Assembly (NCBI RefSeq): GCF_009914755.1
Contig: NC_060947.1
Strand: one strand, 5' to 3'
Source of the DNA: the human T2T-CHM13v2.0 reference genome, Homo sapiens
Length of the DNA stretch: 64,000 nucleotides
A model generated the notes under the pieces. That model did no database searches. It had not been told where the DNA came from and saw only the letters and a program-made list of their open reading frames with translations. How positions within the stretch are numbered: position 1 is the first letter of the stretch; each line of letters begins with the position of its first letter. The translations under genes and the position numbers were made by a program. Shown in pieces: positions 1 to 14,025 of this stretch.

Positions 1-35
1 CTCTGTCTCAAAAAAAAAAAAAAAAAAAAAAAAAA
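1..35 (+). mobile_element. Alu 3' end and poly(A) tail, cut by the window edge
   Basis: ctctgtctc followed by a 26-nt A run. Confidence 0.85.
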
Positions 36-624
36 GGAACAGAGCATGGCAAGAAGGAACAAATATTCAAATAGTGATACATGCTAATTTTAAGAGTCTG
101 GTATTAATTTCATTAACATATAAATATGCATATCTAGAGGCAAGGTGATTCTTCATTTAAGGGCAGATAGCTGGAGAGAAATAAGTATGATTTTCAAAAG
201 TGATTCAGAAGTGAGTTACAGAATCGATTTCTTCTGGGAAAAGGGTCTGTGGGTTCAATCAGATTCTCAGGATTTCATGACCCAAAAGAAGTACCCTCTC
301 TATTGCCATACAAAGCAGGGGGGCTGAGGATTTCACTTCAGCAGTATGAGATCTCTGCAAACAACTCTGTCCAGATTCTGTGGCTCTAAGGTTATGCACA
401 CTTGTTTTCAGCTTTCTGTGTGCTGAGAGTACTTACTTGTGGAAGTTTCTCATAATCCAGTCTTCAGAGGCAACCTCTATGTTCTTTCCTGTCAAAATTT
501 CTTCTTCCACTTTACTGAACAGCTTTATCATCAGCTCCATTATTCAGCTCATGGACCATTCCAATCTCATTACATAAGCCTCCTAGGGTTCTATCTCCAA
601 GAGGAAACTGGAAATGGCCTTCTC

Positions 625-715
625 TTTTGACAGGTGGAAATGAGGCCCAGAGATGCCAAGGGGACACTGCTATTTAGTGCCAAAGCAAAGATTCAAATTT
701 AGGTCTCTTCATTTT
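625..715 (-). mobile_element. MIR fragment
   Basis: acaggtggaaatgaggcccagaga...gattcaaatttaggtct resembles the antisense MIR core. Confidence 0.5.
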
Positions 716-1244
716 ACCTAGAGCAGCAAAACGTGAGGGCTAGAGAAGCCCACTAAAATCCAGTCTAATAATTGCGGAAGATAAAACACAAATCCCTCTG
801 TTTTCAGAGGCTAATTCCTCAACCTCAAATCTTCATGTGAACTTGGATTATGTAGCCCAACAAAAAGAATCCCTTCCATGGTGAATCTGATAGATTTGTA
901 TTATTCCTTTGCTACTGTACTATGGGTTTTAAAAACCTCTAATTACCAGGAGGTGTAATGTTAAATCAATGATTCTTCACGATGCCTCATTGTTAATAAC
1001 AGGTTATGTGGTAATGTTGTCACTCACTGCCTTCCTCTTCTCCCTGAATAAATTAAGAATGAGTTCTACTATTACTTGGTTAGTTCTAATCCTTTGAGAA
1101 CTAGATTTTTTTTTGAAGGTCAATGACCCTTTGAAATGGACAAATTAGTCATTACCCTCAAGCAGCATTTACAGAAACAATGTGAGGCATCTGGATGAGA
1201 CAGTGGGGAGTTCAGTCAAGCATTCCTTTGTATTGCCTACACCA

Positions 1245-1520
1245 GCATTTCCCAAGTCTGCTCTGCAGAGCACTACTAGTCCACAAGATGCTCTGTGAAA
1301 ACAAAATTCTGTGCTTAAATAAAGTTGGGAAAAGATCCACATTCAACATTCAGTGTCCCTTTCAATATGTTAAAAGGATCTCACAAGTCCCATAGTAAAG
1401 AAACCTGTTTAATGATAACTCAGCATTTTCTCTGACTTTACTTATCCACCAGACTCTTTTTTTCACCTAGGTAACAACTATGAATGCCCCAGAAACACTC
1501 CTTGGAAAGCACTGCCCTGC
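1245..1520. mobile_element. Old hAT-Charlie-like MITE remnant
   Basis: cagcatttcccaag...aaataaagttgggaaa...gtaaagaaacctgtttaa...ttggaaagcactg; degenerate inverted termini. Confidence 0.4.
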
Positions 1521-2844
1521 ACCACATCAAAACCTAGATATTTTGAGGATCTGGATATTCGCCATCTCATGGACACTATTATCTGCTGAATCCAGAACCG
1601 CACTCCCAACTTCAGTCACACTCAACCTTCAGCTAAGACCTAACACGTTACTCCTAGATGGCTGATAGCATCTCCAGTATCTTTTCTTTCATTAGCAAGC
1701 CCTATAAATCAAGAGAAAATGCTCCCCTGTGAAATACTGTATAGTGCTAATAACCAGAACCACTTGCAACAACAGCCCAATGACATCAGGCACCTGGAGA
1801 CACAAAGAAGTCAAGTCCAGGGGGTGGTATTTTTCCTGTATATGATGAGAAGCCAGGGAAGTTATTTAAGTAGTGAAATGATTTGATGAGATTTACATTT
1901 TTGAAAAACTATTCTGAGATGACTGGAAAAGAGATAATGAGCTCGGGGACAGGATATGTCAGGAGGTGACTGAAAGAGCCCATTGCTATCACATTAGGCA
2001 TAAAGGAAGAAAAGAGGCATTTGGTACTTGAAGATTAATTGAGAAAAGTTATCCCCCAATGCACATATTATTTTGTTTGGAAAACTGTTAGCAGCTGGCT
2101 TCAGAAAGTGGTCCCTGGAGGCCACTGGCAGAGGGTGCAAGGAAAGTGGTGGCACACAAGGCTCCAGGCTGCTGGAGCAGTGGGAACGCTGTTAGGAAAA
2201 TCCAGTCTACCTCTTCCTGACGACCAAGGAGGCAGCTCATCTGCCATGTCATGGAACTACTAGAGGAAAAGACAAAGTATCATTTTGCTTCTCCTAGGAA
2301 ATTCTTTAAGAACCCAGACCAAAATTCCTGATGTGGGGAGAGTTATTTAGTTAAGACTACACAATACACAGAAAGGAAAGGGAAGGTGTTAGGAAATCTG
2401 GATTCTAAAGAACTCCACCATTGATTGCCATGGGATGGTGACAATTCCTTAGGAAAGAAAGGTGTGAAAAGTAAAAATATGTCAAATATTAATAAAAATT
2501 TCCAGTTTGAAACTGGGCTTCTTTTGGCAGCCAGATGCTCATATTAAAGTGATTAGAGTGAAAAGTGATGATAGGGGTCAGAGATCAAACAAATAAATAA
2601 GGTATATTATCATCTTTGGACTTACCAAGGCTGGAAAAACAATATGAGATTCAGTCATTGCTTAGACCAATAACCCTCAAAAGAGGAACAAGGAGACCAT
2701 GGTGTCTGGTGGGAGTGGTTTCAAACTCCACATACCACCTCATCCCTGATTGAGAATCACTGCACATGATGAAAGATGTCACTGATAGGAGTACAATATA
2801 TGCAAACAATTTAGAGGCAAAAAGAGTCTGAGGATCCCAGTTCC

Positions 2845-3070
2845 AATAATGACAATAACCACACCAATAAGATTAGGAACTAATATTTACTGGCTCATGC
2901 TTACACTGAGCTGGTTCTGTGCTCAGGGCTTCAGGTTGATATTCATTAGTTCTTTTCTCCCTATGTCCACCCTCTAAGGTGATTATTGCTATTATCTACA
3001 ATTATAGATGAGGAAACAAAGGCTAGGAAGTGGCCAACCAGAAGTGATCCCAGAAGTGGAGCTATACTAC
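2845..3070 (-). mobile_element. MIR
   Basis: taatatttactgg...attatagatgaggaaacaaaggctagg. Confidence 0.6.
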
Positions 3071-3497
3071 ATTGTTCTAGAGATGGATTTTCCATTATCT
3101 GAAACTCCAGCTAGGATAAAATAGCCACCTATTTCTGACACTGTAATGGCTTTTCCGAAGTTATCCCCACTATTTCCTCTGGAAAGGAAACTACTCTCTC
3201 TCTTACACACGGACACACAGAAGGTCCAAAAAATATAAGGTAGCTAATCAAAAGGAAGTACTTGACTAGCTTACCTCATATTAGCCTTAAATGGCTGCAG
3301 AGAATGAAAGAGAGAGCAGGGAGACTATCACTGTGGGTTGTACCTTCTTGAGAGGAGAAGGAGGGAATGTTTAAGAACTGCAGATTACTTCACTACTTAC
3401 TGGGCCAATGGAATAATCTTGGAAAGAACAATTCCTTCTGCAGAACCTAAAAATAGTGTCTAGTTAGCCAGCTCCTCTTCTCCAGAGACCACCAACC

Positions 3498-3635
3498 CTC
3501 TACTCAAAGTGTGGTATGGGAACCAGCAGCATTAATACCACCTGAGAGCTAGTTAGAAATGCAGAATCTCACACCCACACTCCAGACCTACTGAAACATC
3601 ATCTGCACTTCAGGAAGATTCCCAGTGATTCAGAT
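3498..3635 (-). mobile_element. MER5A (hAT-Charlie)
   Basis: ctcaaagtgtggt...cagcagcat...gttagaaatgcagaatctca...ccagacctactgaa. Confidence 0.8.
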
Positions 3636-3938
3636 TCTAAGAGTTCATCTTATTCAGAACCTTCAATAATGCTGTAGAAACAAGTCAGCTTCTCAAAGGT
3701 TAATGAGTATTGAGAAGCCTTTTTACTGCCCGTACTGGACAAACATATGTCATATTTGTTCCATATGGCCTGAGTCCACACCCCAGGGAGGTATAAATGC
3801 AGGCAATCTTAGAACTGAGCTCCCTGACATCCATAACCTTTGTTTCCAACTCCCATCTCTGCAAGAAATGTCAAATACAGAACAGGATTCTGGGAAAGTG
3901 AGGGTATCTACCCCCAATTAAAAAAAAATTTACAACTA

Positions 3939-4135
3939 CAGTAGTTCTCAACTGGGGCCAACTTTTCCCCAGGGGACATTTGGCAATGTCTGGAGACATT
4001 TTTGGTTGTCACGAGTTGAGAAGGGTACTCTGGCATCTAGTGGGTAGAGGTCAGAGAAGCTGCTAAACATCCCACAATGCACAGGATAGACGATATGACA
4101 AAGAATTATCTGGCCCCAAAGTGTTTGCGAAGCTC
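3939..4135 (+). mobile_element. MER20 (hAT-Charlie)
   Basis: cagtagttctcaactgggg...ggggacatttggcaatgtctggagacatttttggttgtcac...tgctaaacatcccacaatgcacagga. Confidence 0.85.
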
Positions 4136-4555
4136 TGGACTAGAAAAAATAATAGATACAAATCATCTAATCCCTAAATGTTTGAAATATAGCTAGGGAG
4201 AAAAGGAACATAAAAGTGCTTTCTCCATTCTGGTGAACAGCTTTAGATTAGACAGCAAAGATCTAGCTGTCCTTGAAGAGGTGATGCACTCCTTTGGCTC
4301 ACATCAAACTTAGAGTTGAGCCTTTCTTTCAGCTGAAGTTCATCTCCAAAACTACACCATATAAAACCAACTGCTCAGGAAGTCACGATAGACACAGAAA
4401 AATCTTTTTCACAAATGCCAGTCTTCAAACCGAGCCTAAATAAAACAAGAAGAAGCCATGCCTTATTTTTTTCTCCTGTTCTCAACAAACAACATATATC
4501 ATGAAGTAATTGAAAATAGAAAACACCTGAACCGAGAAGTAGCTATAAGAAATAC

Positions 4556-4832
<277 letters not shown>

Positions 4833-5361
4833 CAATGAATAGGATTAACATAATTATTCTATGTATTCTATGTGAGTGTGTTAAAGGACTCTGAATGCCC
4901 TGGTAGCCAGGCCAAAAATGGAACAAAGATTAGTTATGTAGTTCCAATTTTAATGGTTTCCTTTTACTTTTTAAGAATGGTTTACGCCCAGTTTAGGATT
5001 CAGAATGAATTTCCTAGGATCATTGCTCACGATACCATTGAATGTCATCTATTTCACGTTCCTGCCCCAGGATACATATCCCAAACCTGTACCAATGAGA
5101 ATGCAAGTGCTCTTACATATCTGTCCAGAGGCCATGTGAATTATGAAGTAAAATGTAAGGACTGGCAAAATTGCATTTATCTAAGGCCTCTGCAGTCAGG
5201 ACTAGTCTTCTGTTCAACCAAGGCCGACAGTGCTCTGTAAGGGGAAAACATTTCAATATTGAGAGTATGTTGATGAAGACTTCAGTTAAGACTCAGTCAG
5301 ACTGAACCCTTCCTACAAAAAATCACCCTTGCTCAAGACAAGTATGCAGCGGAATACACAA

Positions 5362-5768
5362 TGTTGTGTGCTCATTAAACCCATCTCCATCCTCCACTCC
5401 TGGCACCCAGCTACACTACATTCCATAGTCTCGCCTGCAGTTAGGTGGAGCCATGTGAATGAGTTCCAGTCAATTGAATGTGGGAAGAAATGATAAACAT
5501 GCCTTAGAAGACTGACCTATAAAACGTCCTGCAAAACTCTCCTTGCTTTCTTTTCCCTAAACTAAGGACCACATACCAGAGGCTCCAGTGATGAACTGTG
5601 AGACTCTAGAGGAAAGAAAGACCACTAGAGTGAAAGGGGCCTGGGTCCCTGAATGACTGCATGGAGCAAAAGCCCTCCCTCTCCATAGGCCCCTCCACTC
5701 CCACATTCATTGTCTTTAGTCACTAAGATTTGGGGATTGTTAGAGCAATGGGCTTATCCCAACTAATT
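5362..5768 (+). mobile_element. MLT1 (ERVL-MaLR) solo LTR
   Basis: gcctgcagttaggtggagccatgtga...aatgtgggaagaaatgat...cactaagatttggggattgtt...aactaat. Confidence 0.7.
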
Positions 5769-6324
5769 ATTTTGTCTTTGCAGATATATTCCTTCTTCTA
5801 AAATCATGGGCCATATGTTTCACTTTAGCCCATAATACTGCATTAATATCACCTATACTTTCTACCTTTCACATTCCATATTCCTCTTCCCTCTTGATAA
5901 CTGCTCTCCATAGCACTAAGGGAAGGCACTGCCTAAAGTCAATATGCTTAGAACTTCCTCTCTGATTCAAATTCTCATTAAAAGTAAACTAAAGTGAAAT
6001 CAAAACCAGAGTTATGGGAGGTCCAATTTTTCTCAGGCTTGCTGCCCAATGGCAATCAACCCTTGGATCCAACGGCATGTAAGACCTGGCTCTGAGGCCT
6101 GACTTCATGTTCATGCTGGTCTACACAGCATTTTAGGGAATAATTACTGTCCCAATGCTTTAGTCCCTAAGTTGTCCCTCCCCCATGTATCAATGTCAAT
6201 GACCAGCATGTCTGAGGAAGGCCAGGTAGGGTTGGACAAAAGATACAACTAGGCCAGATAACCTAAAGGTAGGCAAGGAATGACATGAAGAAGAAACTGA
6301 AAAGGAGTTCTTAGAGTGTGTGAT

Positions 6325-6700
6325 TGTCATTAGGGCTTTCCATCAATATTCAAATTCTCCTCCTTCCAGGCACATGGTAGTATTGCATTTCCCTGTCCTG
6401 TAGAAGTCAAGTCATGGTAGTGTGACTTGCTCTGGCCAATGCCAGATGAGCAGAAGTAATCTGTATCACTCCTGGCCAAAAGTCTTAAACAGCCAGACCA
6501 CAGTGTGTTATATTCCCTTCCCATAGTGCTGGAACTAAATTCCCGATGGTGCGGCACTGTCAGCCAGAGTCTGTTGGTGATAATGACAGGCACCAACCTA
6601 AGACAAAGAGGTAGTATGAGTAAGAAATAAATCTTTGTTGTTTTAAGTCCTGAACTTTGTAGGTTGCTACTGCATCATACTTTAGCCAATTCTGATTACT
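6325..6700 (+). mobile_element. MLT1 (ERVL-MaLR) solo LTR
   Basis: tgtgacttgctctggccaatg...gagtaagaaataaatctttgttgttttaagtc. Confidence 0.75.
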
Positions 6701-6901
6701 ATGGAGTATGTAATATTTGATGAGGAATGGGCTTTGATATTCAAAATGGGAAAGATGAAAATATTCCTGCAATTTCTACCTCTCTTCCCCAAAAGAATGG
6801 AGGATAAGAGTGATTTTTTCCCCAATGTGATATGCTTAAGCACTCTAGCAGCTGAAACTAAGTCTCAGCTACTAATTTGACTTAGCCTATTGTGTCTAGA
6901 A

Positions 6902-7108
6902 CAGGGGTTATAGGCCAGATATGACCTGCAACTTGTTTTTGTAAATAAAGTTTTATTGGAACATATTCATGCCCATTTATTTACATACTGCCTATGACTG
7001 CTTTCACATTACAATGCAAGAGTTGCTACAGCAGAGACTTCAAGGCCTGCTAATGCTAGCATATATACTATTTGGCCCTTTACAGAAAAAAAGAAATGCT
7101 GGCCCCTA
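6902..7108 (+). mobile_element. MER58A (hAT-Charlie) with perfect 8-bp TSD
   Basis: caggggt...tttgtaaataaagttttattggaaca...ggccctttacagaaaa...cccta; TSD GTCTAGAA at 6894-6901 and 7109-7116. Confidence 0.88.
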
Positions 7109-8764
7109 GTCTAGAAGAAGCCAAAGGAAAACAGATCCATGGAGGGTCTGGAAAAGAAATCCAATGTGCACTGCCACTCCAGGTAAAGAGTACATACTCT
7201 TGATAGCTATGTAACCAAAAGCATACACAAATCAAAAGTTGGTACCAGCAGGATTTCTCTTAGTGCTTCAGGCCCTGTTAGAGTCAGTAGGGCAAAGGGA
7301 ACCCTAATACAAATGACTTCTAATGAGCACATCCTTAAAGTTCTGTTGTTTATAACCCCTCTCCTCCAATATCAGGATGGGTATAGGATCTGAACAAAGG
7401 GTATACACAGTATATATCAGGATTAGCAAACCTGACAGTCCTCAGAATGACTCAGTGGAAAGTTGCTTAAGTGCTTGCTCAAAATGATTCACTGCCTGGA
7501 GAGTCCATGGCAAGTCAGATTCTTAGGCTAAAGTGGGAGGTACAGTTTGTCCACCTCCCTGAACTCAGCACAGTGCAAGCAGGCAGGCCCTAAGTAAGGA
7601 AGTAGGCTCTTGGAGGGTCTGATGAGGGTCTCAGCCTGCTGGGTAAGGCCTCTGCTGTGGCCACTGGCTGCCCTCTGGGGGTGGGGGTGTATATGGTGTG
7701 GCCGGAATTCTAGGAATCCTGTGCTGTCCTAGCAGGCACTCCAATTGGCTTGGTGTTCTACATGCTCCAAAGACTTTCTCCAGTGTCCTTGGCATCTGAT
7801 GACTACACTTGGGCTTAAGATTTTTAGGGCTGGGAGGGTCCCTGGAAGCCTTCTATCTTAGTACCAGATCACTCCTTCATTTGGTGGCACCAGCAAACCA
7901 TCTGGCCATTCTACTGCAGATAGGCCACAGGCTATTTACCCCCTTGCCTCTGCCTGGCTTTTGAAGGGCTGCCTGGAGGAGCTATCTGCTTGGCCGAAAC
8001 TCAGCCTTTGGTGACTGTTAACAGGTTTTGCTTCAATTCAGCTATTGCTGTGTTACCATAGGTTGGCTCTGGGTTGAGGGCAAAGGCCTGGGGTGGAAAA
8101 CAGAGAAAGGAGAAGAGAGATGAAAGGATACTTTACTTGGACCTACAAGTTGAATTATTCTTTCTTTTAGCAGGTGATTCTGAGGTTAGTTTCTACTGGG
8201 TATTTTCTCTTACTTTCTAAAGTAACCAGTAAGATATGGCCCTAGACTCCTCCCTGAAGCATCTTTAGTTCTAGGTTACTATGAAAATGTGGTGAAGGGA
8301 GGGCGCTATGTCTGATGGCATCCTTGTCTACCATCAAGTCTAGAGAATTTAGAAGACAGAGGGGCCCAGGTCCCAAACTGCTACAGCTTTTTTATCAGCC
8401 TGCCAGGCTGTTGCACAGGCTTCTCTAATGTATACCTGAGCACCTGCACAGGCCAGGGCCACATCTACAGAGGCCCCATCTCCCTGGGCTGAAACAGCAT
8501 AAGTAATGGTTGTCTCAAACACACTGAGGCAGAAAAAGATTTTCTTTAAAAATATAGAAGATAACAGACAACAGAAAGACCTCAGAGAATTTTCACCCCA
8601 CAGACATTTGTCCAGAGCCTATTTTGTGCCTTGGCAGATGAGGAGATAAATGTAGACTTGAGATCCAAATTATTTCCAAGTATCAGGGGCTGAATCTCAG
8701 ATATAAACAGTGAAGAAAGTGGAGAGGAAGAAAACTCTTCCTCTTTCGAAAACTTGTCTGCAAG

Positions 8765-8900
8765 GGAGATGTGGTAGAAGCACAGTCCGGGAGGCAAGGA
8801 GACCTGGGTTCCAGGCTCAGGTAATGTTACTAATGAGTGCTGTCACTTCAAGAAAGTTACAGAGTCTTTCGCAGTCTCCCTATTTGTCAAATATGGGGAG
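8765..8900 (+). mobile_element. MIR/MIR3 fragment
   Basis: ggagacctgggttccaggctc...ttactaatgagtgctgtcacttcaagaaagttac. Confidence 0.55.
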
Positions 8901-9063
8901 AGGCAGCTGAAAAAAAATATCTTTTCAAGGTATAACTTTCTGTAGTTGTACAATATATGATTCCTGCCCTCAAAAAGTTTATGATGTAGTTGCAAGACAC
9001 TGAACAGAGAGGAGGTACAAAATTAAATTCACTGCCGCACAGAAGTATCCAGCGAATGGGATA

Positions 9064-9277
9064 AAGCTGTGCCATACACCACAGTAACCACTAGTCACAT
9101 ATGTCTATTCATATTTAAACCGATTAACATTAAATCCAATTTAAAATGCAGCTTCTCAGTCTCACACCAGTCACATTTCAAATGTTCAACAGCCACCTAT
9201 ACTAATGGCTGCCACATTGGAAAGTGCAGATATAGAATGTTTCCATCATTGCAAAAAGTTCTATTGGACAGTGCTGG
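9064..9277. mobile_element. MER3 (hAT-Charlie)
   Basis: gtaaccactagtcacatatg...cacatttcaaatgttcaacagccac...aaagttctattggacagtgctg. Confidence 0.8.
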
Positions 9278-10894
9278 TATAGACAACATGTATCACAGAT
9301 GTCCAGAGAACACAGAACTTCCCTTCCATGCCTCCTAGGCTTGTGCTCATGATGGCTGTTCAGCCTGACCAATGCTGACTTTGGGTGGGGGCTTAGTGTT
9401 TGGTCAGATTATTGCCTTGCTCTGGGAGCTGAGCAGTTCCACACTTTCCACATTGTCTCTGCTCCTTTGATTTTTCCCCAGGGCCTTTGGGAAAGCCATA
9501 GCTATCCAGTCCTGCCTTAAAAAATTTCCTTTTAAGCAGACTCATGAATAATCTAGATAATCCCAGAATTCAGGCATCTTTTAGAGCTCCCTGAGCTATT
9601 TGCCCATGAGGTATTGTATGCAAAGTCTGACAAAGATCAGTTTGATTGATCAATGAGAGTCAGCATTGTATTTGGGGAAGCAAGCATGGCCAGGACTGAG
9701 GAGGAAGTCCTTACATGCTCCCTGCACAGCACTATTAATAACATGAAAAAATTATCCAATGTAATCCCAAAGACTGATTTCAAATCAAAACAAAGCAAAT
9801 ACAGGAAAGCAAAACAAAAGAACAGCAAGACAAGCACAAGGGCTCCCTAGGGTTCCTCTAGCTTGTGGGATGGGTGTGGGTGTGAGCCTGTGAGAGTGTA
9901 TGTGAAAGTGTGTGTGTTCCAGATGTACATGAGAGTCACGTGTGTGTGTTTGTGGGGATGGTGGTGAGGCGGGTAGGCAGACTTGGAGGTTTTCAGGGTT
10001 AGGGCTGGGCAAACGTGCCTCTGACTCAGAGGAGGAATCTCAGTTTCTTTTGGTGGGGAGAGGAGAATTAAACTTTTGTCAAACAACCTCATGCCTGATT
10101 CCTCTAAAGTGGGGTAGGAAGGACAGTGTCATAACACAGAGAGTGTTAATGGCTGCTATTTTAACAATCTAAACTCACTGCCCCAGGGCGCCAGTAGAAA
10201 CTAAACAGTCTTACTGCAAAGGGTGCATTTTTAAAAAATCAAATAAATAGCTGCAGGCGCACTCACATTGAACTTGTGCCCAATTCAGTGTCAATCAACA
10301 AGTTTCCATTGAATTCTGGACAAGCCAACTCCTCTTCCAAAGAGAACACAGAAAACATTGTAAGTTCAGTTTGGGGGCAGCTGGATGATCTTATGTATCC
10401 TGTCCTTTTAGTGATTTTTTTCCCCCTTTTTGCTTCTTCCTTCCTTCTCTGGCTAGTACTTTTGTTCCCTAATTCAGATCCTCCCAAGTTAATTCCTTTC
10501 TAATGCATCTCCCTGGCTCTGGCCCTAGTGCTGTGGTTCTTCTATTTTATGTTGCTATACATGAGGACAGATCAGCTGATCTGGGCCTCAAGACAGGTCC
10601 ACGTCATTTGTAAAACAACAGCTTTCTACCTGCCATGTGTTCCATGAGTAGAGATGGAGAAAGTACCCAAATATATACAGTGTAATGCTATGGCTCCACT
10701 TGGGAACATGTACATTCTGATAAGCCAACATGCTGAAAAATTATATTATCCCAGTGATAGAATGTGTCCTAGGCACATATTTGAAACTAGCCAGACGTAG
10801 CCACTAAGCCTTAGTGTAAAATCTTCATCTCCATCTTGGTAGTAAGCATGTTCCCCCTTCTCCAGACTGAATTCTGGCCCTGCATTCTAAAATA

Positions 10895-11022
10895 ATACCA
10901 ACAATACCTTGCATTTATTGAGGGTATACTATGGGCAGGGCACTATGCTAACTCCTTTAGATACCTTAATTCAGTTAATCCTCACAACAGTCCTTTGAGA
11001 TAGGAACTATCATTGTCCCATT
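10895..11022 (-). mobile_element. MIR
   Basis: catttattgaggg...ttaatcctcacaacagtcctttgagatagg...cccattt. Confidence 0.7.
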
Positions 11023-11035
11023 TCTCCCTCTCTCT

Positions 11036-11039
<4 letters not shown>

Positions 11040-11073
<34 letters not shown>
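11040..11073. repeat. (CA)n microsatellite
   Basis: About 16 uninterrupted CA units. Confidence 0.95.
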
Positions 11074-11077
<4 letters not shown>

Positions 11078-11469
11078 TACCACACAATGTCACCCACTCC
11101 AACATACATGCTCACCCACACGCTTACATACACTTACACTTACATCAAGTGTGTGTAAACTGAACAAAGCTCCTCTGCCCTATCTCCATAGTGCTCAGTT
11201 CTTCCAGGTTCTCTGCCCAAAGACTCTCCCTTTGACATCCAGAAATCTATCCTTAGTGAATTCTTACAGTTAAGCTAAGCATTGACCTTTCTGCTGGAAG
11301 GAGTCTCATCAGCTGCCTTTGTAAGTGGCTGGGAGAGAGATGAGGATATGAGGGACTGCAAGAGAGGAAAGGGGATGCAAAAAGACATCCAAGAACACTA
11401 AAGACAAACTGCACCTCCTCCCTACTTTTGCAGTGGGCTGGCTCTGCAAAATAATGTCTACCCACAGGA

Positions 11470-11923
11470 TGTACAAGGTCCTTTGAGACTGGGCCTCCAT
11501 CAATCTGACATTTCCAGCCTCCTCCCTCCTACACAGACCATACTCAACTGCAGTCACGGATCCCACACATGCCTCTGCACGTGCCCTCCCCACCTCCCTC
11601 TTCTACATCTGGCAAAGTGCCATTCATCTGTCAGAACCCAGCTCAAATGTCCACTCCCCTCTGGGACTGTGCCTGATTCCTGGCTCTTGGAGAGTGCCTA
11701 TCTTCTCCCCTCTCTGCCTGCACAGCCCTTGTCCACACTTCTACCAGAGTACTCATCACATTACATTTTAATAATCTTGTTATGCGTGTCTCCTCCACTA
11801 GATTGTGAACTCGTCGAGGCAGGAACTCTGAAACCTCAGCACCATACATGGGCTATGTCTCAAAGCTTATACTCTGTAAATGTTTGTGAAATTAATATGA
11901 GTGAGTGAGTGAATTAATGAATG
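11470..11923 (+). mobile_element. L2 3' end
   Basis: cccagctcaaatgtccactcc...ccactagattgtgaactc...aaatgtttgtgaa followed by a (TGAA/TGAG)n tail. Confidence 0.75.
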
Positions 11924-11997
11924 TGTGGACTCATACCACCAACTTCTGGTTAGGAAGAGACGCCCTTCACTAGGCTTCTCTGACTAAGGCTGCTGTC

Positions 11998-12240
11998 CAG
12001 TATTTCTCAATAGAGCCACCACTGGAATTTTGTGTGGGACACTTCTTCCATGCGTTGTGTTCCTACTTATTGTGGAACATTTTGCATCTCTTGTTGCTGC
12101 CCACTAAATGCCAATGACATCCTCCCATTACTGTGACGAACAAAACAGTTCCCAGACATTTCTAAAGCCCTGGAGAAGTTGGTGGGGGCAGAAAGGGTGT
12201 GTGTGTGTGCTGATCCTCCCTGGTTTGGAAGTAACACTAC
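11998..12240 (-). mobile_element. MER20-family element
   Basis: cccactaaatgccaatgaca...tgtgacgaacaaaacagttcccagacatt. Confidence 0.65.
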
Positions 12241-13439
12241 AGCAATGGCTCATTTCCCTGATCCCAGTGGTCTGAGAGGCCCCCTGCAGTACGGACACAC
12301 TGTGCTCCTGCAAGAGGCGCCAGATGACAGCCTCTAGCAAGACCACGGATTAGCAGAAGGTAGGAACCAAACAGGAGTAAGGCAGCCTAATCAACACATA
12401 ATGGTGAATCTTGCTCTCTCTTTTTATGATTTAGGAGGGAGGAGGTATCAGTTCTAGCCCTCCCCCAGAAAAATCCCCTTCAATTTCTCAAGGCAGTCTA
12501 GAGATTTTTACCTTGTCTCTGAGTGCATTCTCAGCACTACCTTATGTTTCTGTTAAGAGCTCACTCAGCTTTGAGAACATCAGCATTATTGTGCGGCATA
12601 CTCACACAGGCACCTCTGAAAATCTAATCAGAAGGAAATAGAAAGGCAAGGCAGAGGTGATGCCATTAATTTAATGCCTTTTGCCTGACAGTCATTAAAC
12701 CTGTCACTTGTTTCCTTTAGACTCCCCTCATCTTTTCCCTGAGGCTGGAGACACATGGTCAATGCCTGGTTATGAGGCTGCTATCATTGGGATCTAGAGG
12801 AACACGTACCAAAATGCTATGGTTTCAGGCTTTGCCCATATTGAGATATGCCCAGATGAAATCTGGGGACCCAGGATTTAAATACCTTCTTTTCATTGCT
12901 GATCACTGCCTTGATTATATATACCTCCTTATACTTTTCAAAGCAATTTCCCATATCAACTTTCTTGTTCACTGTCAATGCAAACTTTAAGAGAAGGCAG
13001 GAATTATCATCTCATTTTACAAGCTGAGAAAATAGGTACAAAGAGGTTAATCAGCTCTGTGAATGTCCCACAGTGAACTGGAAGGACAGCAGAGCGAGGC
13101 CCCATCTCTTTATTGGCCCCCCCTGCCTTCCTCCCCCCATGATAACACAATAAAACCTCACTTTGAGGGAAGGCAGGCATACTCCACAGGTCCAAAGCCC
13201 TTCTTCCTTCCCAAAGGGGTTCCTGACCAGCCTGACTTCCTGGAAGCCAAACATGCCCTCTGGCCCTCTGGTCAGTGATAAAATCCTGGAGCCAGATGGC
13301 TTCATCCAGATGCCAATACACTGTGCACTCTACAGCTTAGAAATCAATGCCTCAAATGCCTACTTACTAATTCCAAGAGCCCACTTAGAGGACAAGGAGC
13401 ACACCTTTCTCTAGGTTTTGGTACTGCTATTCTTTGTGA

Positions 13440-13484
13440 CAAAAAGACCCAAAAACCAAAAACCAAAAAAAAAAAAATCAAAAC

Positions 13485-13519
<35 letters not shown>

Positions 13520-13525
13520 CCAAAC
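13440..13525. repeat. A-rich/(CA)n compound microsatellite
   Basis: ccaaaaa units followed by about 14 CA units. Confidence 0.9.
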
Positions 13526-13687
13526 ATCAAGAAGACCAAAACAATGCAAACAAGTAGACAAATATAACAGTCCCCCAAATTGCCATATGCACATACAGAA
13601 TCCTATGCTTGGTTGTAATCTTGCAAGGTCTTCTGGTACTTTTGCCTCCAATCAGAACCATCAAGAACAAATGAAAATGTAATCCCA

Positions 13688-14025
13688 CTTTATATTATAC
13701 TGGGAAATATAACTTACATACGTACAACATAAATGTAGAGTTGTACTGATGCTTTCAAAGCAAACACCCATGTGACTACCACGTGGATCAAGAAAGAGTG
13801 CATTGCCAACACCCCAGAAGCACCACCCCCCAATGGAGGTCAACTCACCACCATGCTGACTATTGTGATAATCATTTCTTCACTTTCCATTGTAGTTTTA
13901 TCACATTTATGCACATCCATAATCAATATAGTTTACTTTTCCCTATTTTGAACTTGATATTAATGGAATCATATTGTATGCGTTTGTGCATTTATGTGTG
14001 TCTTGTGTTTACTCAGCATTGAGCC
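13688..14025 (-). mobile_element. Old L1ME 3' fragment
   Basis: aaacacccatgtgactaccac...cattgccaacaccccagaag...aatggaatcatattgtatg. Confidence 0.65.

Noticed and set aside
12305-12335. CTCF-like motifs (cctgcaagaggcgc, gcgccagatgacag)
   Set aside because: Two to three mismatches in the core; not supportable without ChIP data
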